NCBI RefSeq assembly: GCF_044704955.1
Contig: NC_091999.1
Coordinates: forward strand, 35,216,001-35,280,000
DNA length: 64,000 bases
Source of the DNA: Pristiophorus japonicus
Taxonomy: Eukaryota
Direction of reading: 5' to 3'
Positions within the stretch are counted from its first letter, which is position 1, and every line of letters begins with the position of its first letter. This document shows positions 13,180 through 24,949 of this stretch, in pieces. The notes beneath the pieces are model-generated. The model saw only the letters and a list, made by a program, of their open reading frames with translations, did not search any database and had not been told where the DNA came from. The translations under genes and the position numbers were made by a program.

Positions 13180-13560
13180 TTTGACACCCTGAGGTTGACA
13201 ATGTCAACTGAATTCCCCCATCCACAACCTGACAACTTCTTTACAAACTCAAGCTAGTTTGTTAGACATGACCTTGTTTTCCGGAATCCAGGTTCAGTAT
13301 CTCTAATGGCCCCTTCACTTTCCCCATGATGCAAAACAGCATCTCTCAGGATCCCTTCAAGCACCTTCCCAGTGATCGAGGTCACGTTGATGGGCCTTCA
13401 GTTCCAGAGCTCTGACTTGTGCAAAATTGAAAAATGGGAACTACATGTGCTGCCTTCCAATCTCAGGGAACAACCCATGAATCTACTGAGCTGTTGGCGA
13501 TATGGGCAAGAGGCTGGTAGAGGACCCATCCCATCTCTTTTAGCACCCTTGGGTAGATAT
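13180..13560 (-). mobile_element. Old CR1-like RT fragment
   Basis: TTGTTAGACATGACCTT...GAATCCA resembles the inverted HGF motif region of other CR1 copies; heavily diverged. Confidence 0.5.
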
Positions 13561-13947
13561 CATCCACACCTTACACTCTCAAGATTAACCTGAACGGGCT
13601 GCTGTCAGTGAAGAGAGATGAGAAAGATCAAAGTGCTATTTTTCCCCTCTCAGTATGACCCTGAAGGACTGTGTCCATGCTGAAATTCTTCCCCCATATG
13701 ATCCTCCCCCCAGTTTGTCCTCTCTGAGCTCCAGCCAGGTGATGCTAAACACTCGGGTGGGAAAGAGTAAAATCTACAGCAATGTGTTGAAAGCAACACG
13801 AATGTATTTGTCTGCATCCCAAATATTAATCTCCAGTCCAGTTACAAGAGTTTTCATCAGCGGAACCAACCCCAACTGTCAGAATGAACATGGTTCAGTC
13901 GGGTTGTGATTAACATCAGCAATAACAGCATAATCCAACCCCTACAA

Positions 13948-14670
13948 TCATTTGTGAACTCGCTGGTGCCTCAACAGGTGGGATGACTGAGTGAATCCTT
14001 TCCCACACGCAGAGCAGGTGAACGGCCTCTCCCCAGTGTGAATTAGCTGGTGCCTCAACAGATGGGATGACCGAGTGAATCGCTTCCCACACTCAGAGCA
14101 GGCGAATGGCCTCTCCCCAGTGTGAGCTCGCTCGTGCCTCAACAGGTGCGATGACTGAATGAATCCCTTCCCGCACTCAGAGCAGGTGAACGGCCTCTCC
14201 CCGGTGTGAATTCGCTGGTGTGCCAGCAGAATGGATGACTCATTGAATCCTTTCCCACACTCAGAGCAGCTGAACGGCCTCACCCCAGTGTGAATTCGCT
14301 GGTGTGTCAGCAGGGTGGATGACTGAGTGAATCCCTTCCCACACACAGAACAGGTGAACGGTCTCTCCCCAGTGTGAATTCGCTGATGTATCAGCAGGTT
14401 GGATGACTGAGTGAATCCCTGCTGACACTCGGAGCAGGTGAACGGCCTCTCCTCAGTGTGAACTCGCTGGTGTGTTTCCAGCTGGGACGGGTAGTTGAAA
14501 CTTTTCCCACTGTCCGCACATTTACACAGTTTCTCCCCAGTGTGACTGCGCTTGTGTCTCTCCAGGTTGGATAATCGGCTGAAGCCTTGTCCACACACAG
14601 AGCATGTGTACACTTTCTCCCCGCTATGAACAGTGCTTTTTGCATCCATAGTTGCTGGATAATAATCCAT
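13948..14670 (-). CDS. C2H2 zinc-finger protein, 240 aa, 8 tandem fingers (finger 2 has Cys to Ser), no recognisable effector domain (copy D)
   Basis: Uninterrupted ORF from ATG 14670 (alternative ATG 14649); TGERPF linkers; splice acceptor TTTACAG| at 14756; family 3' UTR at 13820-13947. Confidence 0.88.
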   Translation of the reverse strand: MDYYPATMDAKSTVHSGEKVYTCSVCGQGFSRLSNLERHKRSHTGEKLCKCADSGKSFNYPSQLETHQRVHTEERPFTCSECQQGFTQSSNLLIHQRIHTGERPFTCSVCGKGFTQSSTLLTHQRIHTGVRPFSCSECGKGFNESSILLAHQRIHTGERPFTCSECGKGFIQSSHLLRHERAHTGERPFACSECGKRFTRSSHLLRHQLIHTGERPFTCSACGKGFTQSSHLLRHQRVHK

Positions 14671-15181
14671 TCCTGATGAATCGAGTGACTTCGTCAGATG
14701 TTAATGTGGTGTTTGGTTTGAGCCTCCGGTTAATAAATCCTCCCCTTTTAATATCCTGTAAAGTAAATTTCAGTCAAGAAAAAGGGTGGATGAGAGAGAA
14801 CCCACAAAAGCACAAAGGCACTTTGAGAAATTGAGCTTAATGAACTTGGTAATTTGTGGGGCCAGCACTAGAAATAGTAACCATGAAAACTGCCAGTTTG
14901 TGGTAAAACCCAACTGGTATATCAATGTCCTTCAGGAAAGGGAACCCCCCTCCATTGACAGCCCAACATGGGAATTGTTGGTCCCACTGGGCCCAGAAAT
15001 ACTGGGGGTGATACCCAGAAGCTTTTCCTCCATCTCCACTCCAGCTCAAACAGATGCAACAAACAGACCCACACTGGAGGCCGGGTATCCAAAGCGTCTT
15101 TCCATCATTTGCTGCAAAGTTGAGAGGGGATTTATTCTAAATTGCCCGAGATTTGTAGACATGAGATTCTAGATTTTATAT

Positions 15182-16505
15182 AAGAACATAAGAACATAAG
15201 AATTAGGAAGAGGAGTAGGCCATCTAGCTCCTCGAGCCTGCTCCGCCATTCAACAAGATCATGGCTGATCCGGCCGTGGACTCCGCTCCACTTACCCACC
15301 CTCTCACCGTAACCCTTAATTCCCTTATTGGTTAAAAATCTATCTATCTGTGACTTGGACACATTCAATGAGCTAGCCTCAACTGCTTCCTTGGGCAGAG
15401 AATTACACAGATTCACCAATGTCTGGGAGAAGAAATTCCTTCTCAACTCGGTTTTAAATTGGCTCCCCCGTATTTTGAGGCTGTGCCCCCTAGTTATTGT
15501 CTCCCCTACCAGTGGAAATAACCTCTCTAGCTCTATCTTGTCTATCTCTTTCATGATTTTAAATGATTCTATAAGATCACCCCTCTTCTATCTGAACTCC
15601 AACGAGTAAAGACCCAGTCTACTCAATCTATCATCATAAGGTAACCCCCGCATCCCCGGAATCAGCCTAGTGAATCGTCTCTGTACCCCATCCAAAGCCA
15701 GTATATCCTTCCTTCAGTAAGGTGACCAAAACTGCACGCAGTACTCCAGGTGCGGCCTTACCAATATCCTATACAGTTGCAGCAGGACCTCCCTGCTTTT
15801 GATCTCCATCCCTCTCGCAATGAAGGCCAACATTCCATTCGCCTTCCTGATTACCTGCTGCACCTGCAAACTAACTTTTTGGGAGCCTCTGCACCTCAGC
15901 ATGTTGTAATTTCTCCCCATTCAAATAATATTACCCTTTACTGTTTTTTTCCCCAAGGTGGATGACCTCACACTTTCTGACATTGTATTCCATCTTCCAA
16001 ACCTTTGCCCATTCGCTTAACCTATCCAAATCTCTTTGCAGCCTCTCTGAGTCCTCTACACAACCCGCTTTCCCACTAATCTTAGTGCCATCTGCAAATT
16101 TTGTTACACTACACTCTGTCCCCTCTTCCAGGTCATCTATGTATATTGTAAACAGTTGTGGTCCCAGCACCGATCCCTGTGGCACACCACAAACCACCCG
16201 AAAAGGACCCATTTATCCCGACTCTCTGCTTTCTGTTCACCAGCCAATTCTCTATTCATGCTAATACATTTCCTCTGACTCAGCATACCTCTATCTTCTG
16301 CATAATCTTTTGTGTGGCACCTTATCGAATGCCTTTTGGAAATCTAAATACACCACATCCATCGGTACACCTCTATCCACCATGCTCGTTATATCCTCAA
16401 AGAATTCCAGTAAATTAGTTAAACATGATTTTCCCTTGATGAATCCATGCTGCGTCTGCTTGATTGCACTATTCCTATCTAGATGTCCCGCTATTCTTCC
16501 TTAAT
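15182..16505 (-). mobile_element. CR1 LINE 3' portion with (TTCTTATG)n tail
   Basis: [33 protein letters not shown]; tail AAGAACAT repeats at 15182-15200. Confidence 0.95.
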
Positions 16506-16509
16506 GATT

Positions 16510-17735
16510 TTGCTTTGTACCGGAATCCAGGTCAGCGATTGGAGCATGGGCAGGAACATTGGAACGGCCCAGGTACTGCAGGCGATGCGGCAAGCAGCAG
16601 AGGAGTGGTGAGGTCGGGGTGGAGTAGCGCCGGCAGTTCGGGCCTGAGAGATTGCGGCCCACAAGAGGCGAGAAGTCGGGGCTGAGAGATTGGGGCCAAG
16701 GAGAGGCAAGAGTTCGGCATGGAGAGATTGGGGCCAAGGAGAGGCGAGAGTTTTGAGAGGAGAAATTGGGGCCAAGGAGAGGCTAGAGTTCAGGGCAGAG
16801 AGTTTGGGTCCCACGAGAGGTGAGAGATCGGGGCAGAGAGATTGGGGCACACAAGAGGTGAGATTTCGAGGCTGAGAGATTGGGGCCAAGGAAAGGCAAG
16901 AGTTCGGAATGGAGAGATTGGGGCCTAGGAGAGGCAAGAGTTCGGGGAGGAGAGATTGGGGCCAAGGAGTGGCTATAGTTCAGGCAGAGAGATTGGATCC
17001 CACGAGAGGCGAGAGATAGGGGCAGAGAGATTGGGGCGCACAAGAGGCGCGAGTTCGGGGCTGTGAGATTGGGGCCAAGGAGAGGCAATAGTTCTGAATG
17101 GAGAGATTGGGGCGAAGGAGAGGCGAGAGTTTGGGGAGGAGAGATTGGAGCCAAGGAGTTGCGACAGTTCGGGGAGGAGAGATTGGAGCCAAGGAGAGGC
17201 TAGAGTTCAGGGCGGAGAGATTGGGGCCCACAAGCGGTGAGAGTTCTGGGTGGCGACATTGGGCCCCACGAGAGGCGAGACTTCGGGTGGAGAGATTGGG
17301 GCGGAGAGATTGGGGCACACGAAAGGCAAGAGTTCGGGGTGGAGAGATTGGGCCCCACGTTAGATGAGAGTTTGGGGTGGAGAGATTGGAGCCACAAGAG
17401 GCGCGAGTTCGGGGCCCGGAATAGGTAAGGGACCAGGGACAGCATGGGCCAGAGCACACTACGATTTATGGGCAGTACAAGTATGTGCACGAGGTCTGTG
17501 CAGCAGAGCTTGGTCTCCAGTCGTCCTTGTTAACCTTTGCCACTGAACCAAGACCTCACTCTGTTCAGCCCGTGTGGTGGCTTGTGTGCAACGGTTACCC
17601 ACGTTAAAAGAATCAACTCACAAGCATTTTCCACACTTTAATATGTAGTTCGGGACCTAGAATATCAGGTCTCGTAGTGAAACATCTGTGAACTCATCCG
17701 TTTTGGTGTGGAAGCGGGTCATGATCGATTCAAGG
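16510..17735 (+). mobile_element. Putative composite non-autonomous element: 38-bp VNTR + RTE 5' UTR piece + RTE 3' end
   Basis: 17510-17665 matches RTE 20272-20400; 17700-17735 matches the RTE terminus at 23508-23545; preceded by a GA-rich VNTR. Confidence 0.6.
16646..17415. repeat. 38-bp purine-rich VNTR, about 20 copies
   Basis: GAGAGATTGGGGCCAAGGAGAGGCGAGAGTTCGGGGCG; GAGAGATTG at 16684 and 16722. Confidence 0.93.
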
Positions 17736-17892
17736 AGGCCAGGGAGTGACTTCCGCATTCAGCGCCCACTCTGATACGGAGCGGCTGGGAATTGCTGGGC
17801 ATGCTGTATAAACGCAAGTCGTTATTTTCGTGGTGTGGGGGAGGCACTGCCCCCGGGGTTTGCTGGTGCCGGGCCCAGAGGTTTTGACACGC

Positions 17893-18120
17893 AGGCTGAG
17901 AGCCGCATTCGGTGTTGCCCGGGACCTGAGAGCCACACTCGGAGTTGCCCGGGGTGTGAGTGCCACTCTTGGTGTTGACCGGGGCCTGAGAGCCGCAATC
18001 AGTGATGCATGGGGCCTGGTGCATGGGCCTGGGAGCCACACTCGGTGCTGCCCGGGACTGAGAGTCACACTCGGTGTTGCCATGCGCCTGAGAGCCACAC
18101 TTGGTGATGCTGATGCCGTG
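17893..18120. repeat. 30-bp GC-rich tandem repeat, about 7 copies, in a CpG-rich patch
   Basis: CTGAGAGCCACACTCGGTGTTGCCCGGGAC at 17896, 17926... Confidence 0.88.
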
Positions 18121-18269
18121 CTCGCTCCAATCAGTCCCCGGGAGCCTCTCCGCACAGGGGCGTGCTCTCCAGGGACCAGCACTACCCACGTTGCCCCCGT
18201 GCTGATGGAGATAGGGCGTATTCCGACGGGCGGAGCACTCTGGATAAGATCATCCGCCATTGTCACGGC

Positions 18270-18815
18270 GAGGATGGCACAGGAGGCCGTGCAGCCCATC
18301 CTGTCTGTGCCGGCTCTTTGGTGGAGCTGTTCAATGAGTCTCATTCCTGTGCTCTTTACCCATTGCTTGGTATATTTTTCCCAGCAAGTATTTATCCAAT
18401 TCCCTTTTAATTGCAATTCAATCTGCTTCCACCACTCTTTCAGACAGTGCAATCTGGATCATAACAATTCGCTGAGTAACAAATGATCCCACATCTCACC
18501 TCTCGTTATTTTGCCATTCATTGGAAGTCTGACTCCTTTGGTTACCTACCCTAATGCCACTGGAAACACTTTCTCCATATTTCCTCTATCTAAATCGTTC
18601 ATAATTTTGTACATCTCCATTAAATCTCCTTTTACCATTTCCTGCTCTCTGGAGAAAACTTCACCAGGCTCTCCACATCACTGAAGTCCCATCTCCCTGG
18701 GACCATTCCTTCTGCACCTTCTCTAAAGCTGGCCATCATTACGAAAGTTTGGAGCCCAAACTTGAACACAATTCTCCAGCTGAGGCCTAACCAGTGTTTT
18801 ATAAATGTTTAGCAA
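18270..18815 (-). mobile_element. Old CR1-like LINE 3' fragment
   Basis: Inverted 3' end (GCCCATCCTGTCTGTGCCGGCTCTT) and inverted RPQLE..VQ.W motif near 18760-18800. Confidence 0.7.
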
Positions 18816-19149
18816 ATTAAACATCAAATGCTGATATTTCTCTGATGTGGTTTAAAGGGCGAGGTCCAGCTACTCAGTTGGATGTGTCAATGAGACTGTG
18901 AACCTAAAGAAGTGTATTTAGAGTGGAGAGCCAGGACATGCTGTGTAACCGGGCGCAAACACTCCTGCACAGCCCACACATCACTTGTTTCCCATTTGGC
19001 ATGAAAGTAATGTGTTAATTGCAACAATTCATTTGATTTGATTTCAAATAGTTTAGGATAGAAATTGAATCATGTTTCTATGATTTTTCCCCAACTCAGA
19101 TTCAAGGCCTCAATTTTTCTCTTCATCTGTGTACAGTCACAGGTTTCCA

Positions 19150-19465
19150 AACCTGAGACTGTACATTGGGATTCCAATCCTGGGACTGTACATGGGGATT
19201 CTAACCCTTGGAGAGTACTTGGGCATTCTAATACTGGGAGAGTAGATGGGGATACTAACCCTGGGACCATACGTGAGGGTTCTAACCCAGGCACTGTAAA
19301 TGGGGATTCTAACCCTGGGACGGTACATGGGGAATTTATCCCTGGGTGAGTATGTGGGCATTCTAACCTTGGGAGAGTACATGGGGAATCTAACCCTGGG
19401 ATTGTAAATGGAGATTCTAACGCTGGCATTGTATATGGGGATTCTGACCCTGGGACTGTACATGG
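19150..19465. repeat. 27-bp minisatellite, about 12 copies, resuming at 23562-23605
   Basis: Unit GGGGATTCTAACCCTGGGACTGTACAT. Confidence 0.92.
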
Positions 19466-19899
19466 CGTCCAGGCATTCGGAACCCTTTCAGAGATGACTG
19501 AGCCTCTTCTTCCCCGCAGTGCTCCAGGTGTGGTCTAGCCAGGGCTTTGTGCAGCTGCAGAGGGATGGCAGCACCCATGGAACAGTACGAAGGCAGGTAG
19601 CTTACGACTGACTTTCATTTTAAACTTTTAATCAACTTGTGAAAACTTTAAAAACTTCAAGAGAAACTTTTAAACAACTGGGGAAACTTTTAAAACCTCT
19701 GGAGCAAGTTTTAAATAAATTGGGAAACCTTTTTTAAAACTACGGGTGAAACTTTTAAAACTTCTGAAGAAACTTTTAAACAACGTGGGGGAACCTTTAA
19801 GAATAATTTTCTTTTAAAAATATTTTATTAAGCAATTGAATACTGTGCCCCAATCTAAATAGAAAATAGTTCGGTGTGTTTTATTAGCATCATTTTCAG

Positions 19900-22800
19900 C
19901 CATTTGAAACCAGGTTACTCACGACGACGCCCAGCAAGCAGGTGTGCCTCCGACCCGGCGACCACAACATCACCCGGCCCCTCCTGCGGCGGGCCTACAT
20001 CCCTCGAGCGGCGGGTTTTCGTCCCTCCAGCAGCGGGCCTACATGTCTCTCCTCGTCGACGGCTGGACCTCCCCTTCCCCATGAGTGGCCTGGCTATGAT
20101 TCTTTCACCCTCCTACTGCTTGCTGACCTCCCACTTGGACCTCCAGCAGACAACTGACTTCCTAATGCCTGCCCCCAACCAAGCCTCGGACCACTTACCA
20201 ACAAGGGTGCTACTCAGCGCCGAGCTTGCAGCCAACATTTTGCCTTCGGCAATTAGGCTCGTACAGAAGTGCCTGGTCTCCAGTCGTCTTGGATCCCTTG
20301 CCACTGGACCAAGACCTTGTTCAGCTATGCCACCCCAAGTTAAAAGAACTCACACACAGGCATCTTCCACTCCGTTAACATGAAGTTATGGACCTGAAAC
20401 GTCAGGAATCCCATTGGACAACTCCAACAGCAACAGGCCAGAATGCCGCACCACCATAGTTGCCCGGGAACTTAGAAGCTTTGACAGCGACATCGCCACC
20501 CTAAGTGAGATCCGGCAGGCAGGGGAAGGCTAGCTCAAGGAACAAGATTGAGGTTACACCTTTTTCTGGAAAAGAAAACCAGAGGAATAACGCCATCTTC
20601 ATAAAGTCGGCTTCGCCATCAAAATGAGCTGGTCGACAATCGCAAAGACACCCCCTGTGGGGTTAACGAACGCCTCTTGACTCTTCAACTCACACTATCC
20701 CGGAACCAATGTGCAACAGTCATCGGTGCGTATGCCCCAACACTGGATGCAATGGATGAGAACAAAGAGGATTTTTATTCTAACCTCGAAACATCCCTGT
20801 CCTGTGTCCCCGCAGGTGACAAACTGATCCTCCGAGGTGAGTTCAATGCCAGGGTCGGCAAAGACACAGCCCTCTGGGGAGGCGTGATTGGCAGTGAGGG
20901 GGTAGGGAAAGCCAACTCCAGCAGTATCCTACTCCTGACAAAATATCTAGAACATGAACTTCTCATCACCAACACCTTGTTCCGCCAGAGGGAAAAATAC
21001 AAGGCATCGTGGCAACACCTTTGCTCCAAGCGCGGGCACCTACTCGACTATGTCATCATCCGAGCCAGGGATCGCAAGGATGTGCGAATCACCCACGTCA
21101 TGACAGGAGCTGATGACTATTGGCCGGATGACCACCTGACCGATCATCGACATTAACCCCAAAGTGGAGGGGACAGCAGAAGCAGTGCCGCAAGAAAGTC
21201 AATGACGGGGCACTTAAAGACCCAGCCCTATACAGCCAACGCTTCACAGCTAACCTGACGTGCCTTTATGACGCTGAGATGTTGAATGCCCACAGTGCTT
21301 GGTCTGCCCTCCAAGTCTCATAACCAGTGCCTGTGAAGTGACACTTGGTCATTCAACCAGAACACACGAGGACTGGTTTGATGAGAATGTTCAGAACTTA
21401 TATTTCTGCGGCTCAAGCAACAACCCAACTCAGGAGCAGCAAAGCAACACTACAGGCGGCTCAAAGCTGAGGTCGAACAAAAAAACCTGGCACCTAAAGA
21501 ACAGGTGGTGGATGAAGAAAGCACAGGAGATACAATAACTGGCCAACAGCCATGATGTGTGAGGATTCTTCATGTCAGTCAAGGCCATCTATGATCCAAA
21601 CTCCTAAGGCCCCACCCCACTGCTGGCCAAGAATGGGGAAACACTCATCAAGGACACCGAGGTTGTCAAGGCCCGCTGGAAGGAGCACTTCGAAGATCTC
21701 CTCAATCGAGATTCTGACTTTGACTCGAGTGTTCTCGACTCCATCCCGCAGCATGCGTCCCGCCCCCACTTCAGTGAAACACCAACGTTGCATGAGGTAG
21801 GAAAAGCCTTAAGACAGCTCAAGAACAACAAGGCTACGGGAGCGGATGGAATCCCTACAGAGGCGCTAAAGCATGGCGGAGATGTACTGTTGGCATGGAT
21901 ACATAACCTCATCGCTCTCATCTGGAGGGAAGAGAACATGACGGGAGATCACAGAGATGCAGTGATCGTCACCATCTTTAAAAAAGGGGGCAAGTCCAAC
22001 TGCAGCAACTACAGAGGAATCTCCCTGCTAATCAGCCACTGGGAAAGTTTTTGCTAGAGTTCTCTTCAACCGTCTTCTCCCTGTGGCCGAGGAGCTCCTC
22101 TTGGAGTCACACTGCCCCACGGGGCACATCGAACATGATCTTTGCAGCGCGACAGCTGCAGGAAAAATGCAGGGACCAGCGCCGTGATACATGGGCTTGT
22201 TCAACCTTACAAACGGATTTGACACTGTGAACCATGAGGATCTATGGAGCGTCCTCCTCCATTTTGAATGCCCTCAACAATGTGTCAACATCCTTCGCCT
22301 GCTCCATGATGACATGCAGGTAATAATCCTTACCAACGGATCCATTACAGACTCAATCCACGTCCGGGCCAGGGTCAAACAGGGCTGCGTCATTGCTCCC
22401 ACCCTCTTCTCAATCTTCCTCGTTGCCCTGCTCTACCTCACATTCAGCAAATTCCCTGCTGAAGTGGAACAAAACTACAGAACCAGCAGGAAGCTGTTTA
22501 ATCTTCGCTGCTTCCGGGACAAAGTCCAAGATAACCCCAACCTCTGTCGTTGAGCTACAGTACGTGGACAACACCTGTGTCTGCACACATTCTGAGGCTG
22601 AACTCCAGGATATAGTCGACGTATTTACTGAGGAACAGGAAAGCGTGGGACTTACGCTAAATATCCGAAAGACAAAGATCCTCCACCAGCCAGTACTCAA
22701 TGTACAACACTGCCACCGAGTCATCAAGATCCATGGCGCAGCCCTAGACAACATGGACCATTTCTCATACCGCGGGAGCGTCTTATCAACAAAAGCAGAC

Positions 22801-23561
22801 ATTGATGAGGAGATTCAACACCACCTCCAGTACGGCAGTGCAGCCTTCAGCCGGCGGAGGAAAAGAGTGCTCAAAGACCAGGCCCTCAAAGCTACCATCA
22901 AGCTCATTGTCTACAGGGCTGTAGTAATACCCACCATCCTGAATGGCTCAGAGGCACGGATCATGTACAGTAGACACCTCAAGTCGTTGGAGATATATCA
23001 CCAATGATGTCTCCACAAGATCCCACAAATCCCCTGGAATGACAGGCGCACCAACATCAGCGTGCTCGTCTAGGCTAACATCCCCAGCATTGAAGCACTG
23101 ACCACACTCGATCAGCTCCGCTGGGCAGGCCACACAGTTTGCATGTCAGACAGGAGACTCCCGAAGCAAGTGCTCTTTATGGAGTTCCTGCATGGCAAAC
23201 GAGCCAAATGTGGGCAGGGGAAACGTTACAAGGAAACCTCAAAGGCTCCCTGATAAAATGCGACATCCACACTGACACCTGGGAGTCCCTGGCCAAAGAA
23301 CGTCCTAAGCGGATGAAGTGCATCCGGGAGGGCGCTAAGCACCTCGAGTCTCAATGCAAAGAGCATGCAGAAATCAAGCGCAGGCAGCGGAAAGATCGTG
23401 CGGCAAACCAATCCCGCCCACCCCGTCCCTCAACGACTATCTGTCACACCTGTGAATGAATCTGTGGCTCTTGTATTCGACTGGACAGCCGCCAATAAAC
23501 TCAGTTCAGGAGTGGAAGCAAGTCTTCCTCGATTCCGAGGGACTGCCTATGATAATGATGA
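19900..23561 (+). mobile_element. Near full-length RTE-clade LINE, decayed
   Basis: ORF remnant from ATG 20380; APE endonuclease motifs (AYAPT, LRGEFNARVG, LLDYVI); RT motifs (VKQGCVIAPTLFSIF, ELQYVDN); 3' end GTGGAAGCAAGTCTTCCTCG...GCCTATGATAATGATGA; many stops and frameshifts. Confidence 0.93.
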
Positions 23562-23779
23562 GATGGGAATTCTAAGCCTGGGACTTAACATGGGGATTCT
23601 AACGAAAGGATTGAATATTTCTGTCCCTTCTCTGTTACAATTATGCAGGAATTAAACCACAAGGTCGGTACTAAGCGTCGCCTTTTGGGGAGATGGTGAG
23701 AAATTCGAGGTGTGGAGAGTGAGAATAAAATATCGAAGACAATCCTTTTCCCACTGGGACCCGGTTGGAAACAGAAACT

Positions 23780-24195
23780 GTTATCGCTCACTTTGTTCCT
23801 GAACCAAGATGGCCGCGCATGCGCGATGCGACTCACCGAATCAAGTTGGCCGAGCGCTGAACCCGCCTTCCTGCACGAAGATGGCCGCCTTTAGCCTGGG
23901 CCTGTGACCGGGAGAAAGCCCCAAAACTGTAACCGCCGATATGCCGGTTATTGTTCCGGGCTTGCGGCGGGCACCGGTGCTTTATGAACCCTCCCACGCG
24001 ACCCGCTGGTCCACTGCTCCCCTCCACGCGCTCAAATGGAACGCTTCTGCGGAGGTTATGTTGCCCGTTTCTCCTTCGCCACTACATTCGCCGCGCATGC
24101 TCCAAAACCAGCCATGAGACGCGCCTGCGCACTGAAGTCCTGTAGTTTGAGTTCGGCACCTTCTCGCCCGTGGTGCATACTGGGTAAATAACCCG
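23780..24195 (-). promoter_or_regulatory. CpG-island promoter / non-coding exon 1, probably of ZNF copy D
   Basis: YY1-type CAAGATGGCCG at 23805-23815 and GAAGATGGCCG near 23877; NRF1 GCGCATGCGC at 23815-23824; ZNF143-type GCATACTGGGTA at 24175-24186; consensus minus-strand donor GTGAGT at 23836-23831. Confidence 0.65.
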
Positions 24196-24224
24196 CCATT
24201 TAAAAGCTGCATTGGTGAATAGAA

Positions 24225-24480
24225 CAGTATATACTGGGATTGCATTGGACATTGAACGATATTCATTCTGGCAGATATTGTTTGTATCTGCTGATCTTAA
24301 TAACCCCTATACCTGAGCTGGAGATCAATGTTCTATATAAATATTAAATAAATCAGCTTGGTTCAAACACAGTGTGTCGAATGTTTGATTTCTCCATAAT
24401 AATATCTGCTTAATGTTCTGTTACCGACTGTTCCATTTTGGGCCTTTTCTTACTGTAGATTATTTCACTTCTCACCCAGT
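24225..24480 (+). other. Orphan ZNF-family 3' UTR segment
   Basis: Reverse complement of 4420-4640 (e.g. AATAACCCCTATACCTGAGCTGGAG, CCATTTTGGGCCTTTTCT). Confidence 0.7.
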
Positions 24481-24949
24481 TCATCTTTTATGACATCAAA
24501 TCCCAAGGTTGTTCTGTTTGAGTGGACGACTTCTGGGTGTCATAAACTGAACCGGAGTGTCTCATGTTACACTCATATGACGTTCCTTTCAACCAACTAT
24601 TGAAAGAACTATGATGCTTTAGACTTGAAATCTATTATTTTGTACATGGTTTAACGATTTATGAATGTGGTTACTATATGTAATAGTCTTTGAAATGTGT
24701 GATCTTTGTCACAGTCTTTGCTGATTTTGAAAGTTTTGTTGATATAATTTCTTGTTACTTACATAGCTTGCAGAATTTCTTGCATCGAGGTAATTGTTGA
24801 AATATTTCCATTATCGGGTCTTTAGCTCCTCCACTGATCCTTGTGAACAACCTTTGGTTCGGGACTGTGTTTGGGTGCGGGTTTAGGGTTTAGTGGTTGT
24901 GGTTATTTGTTAGGATTGGGCTTAGTGGTTGGGATCGTCAGTCGGATAT

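Noticed and set aside
19900-20380. HDV-like ribozyme in the RTE 5' UTR
   Set aside because: Known in some RTE elements, but I could not fold the nested double pseudoknot by eye; a descriptor search would be needed.
24870-24935. Interstitial telomeric repeat
   Set aside because: Only one TTAGGG within a degenerate GT-rich tract.
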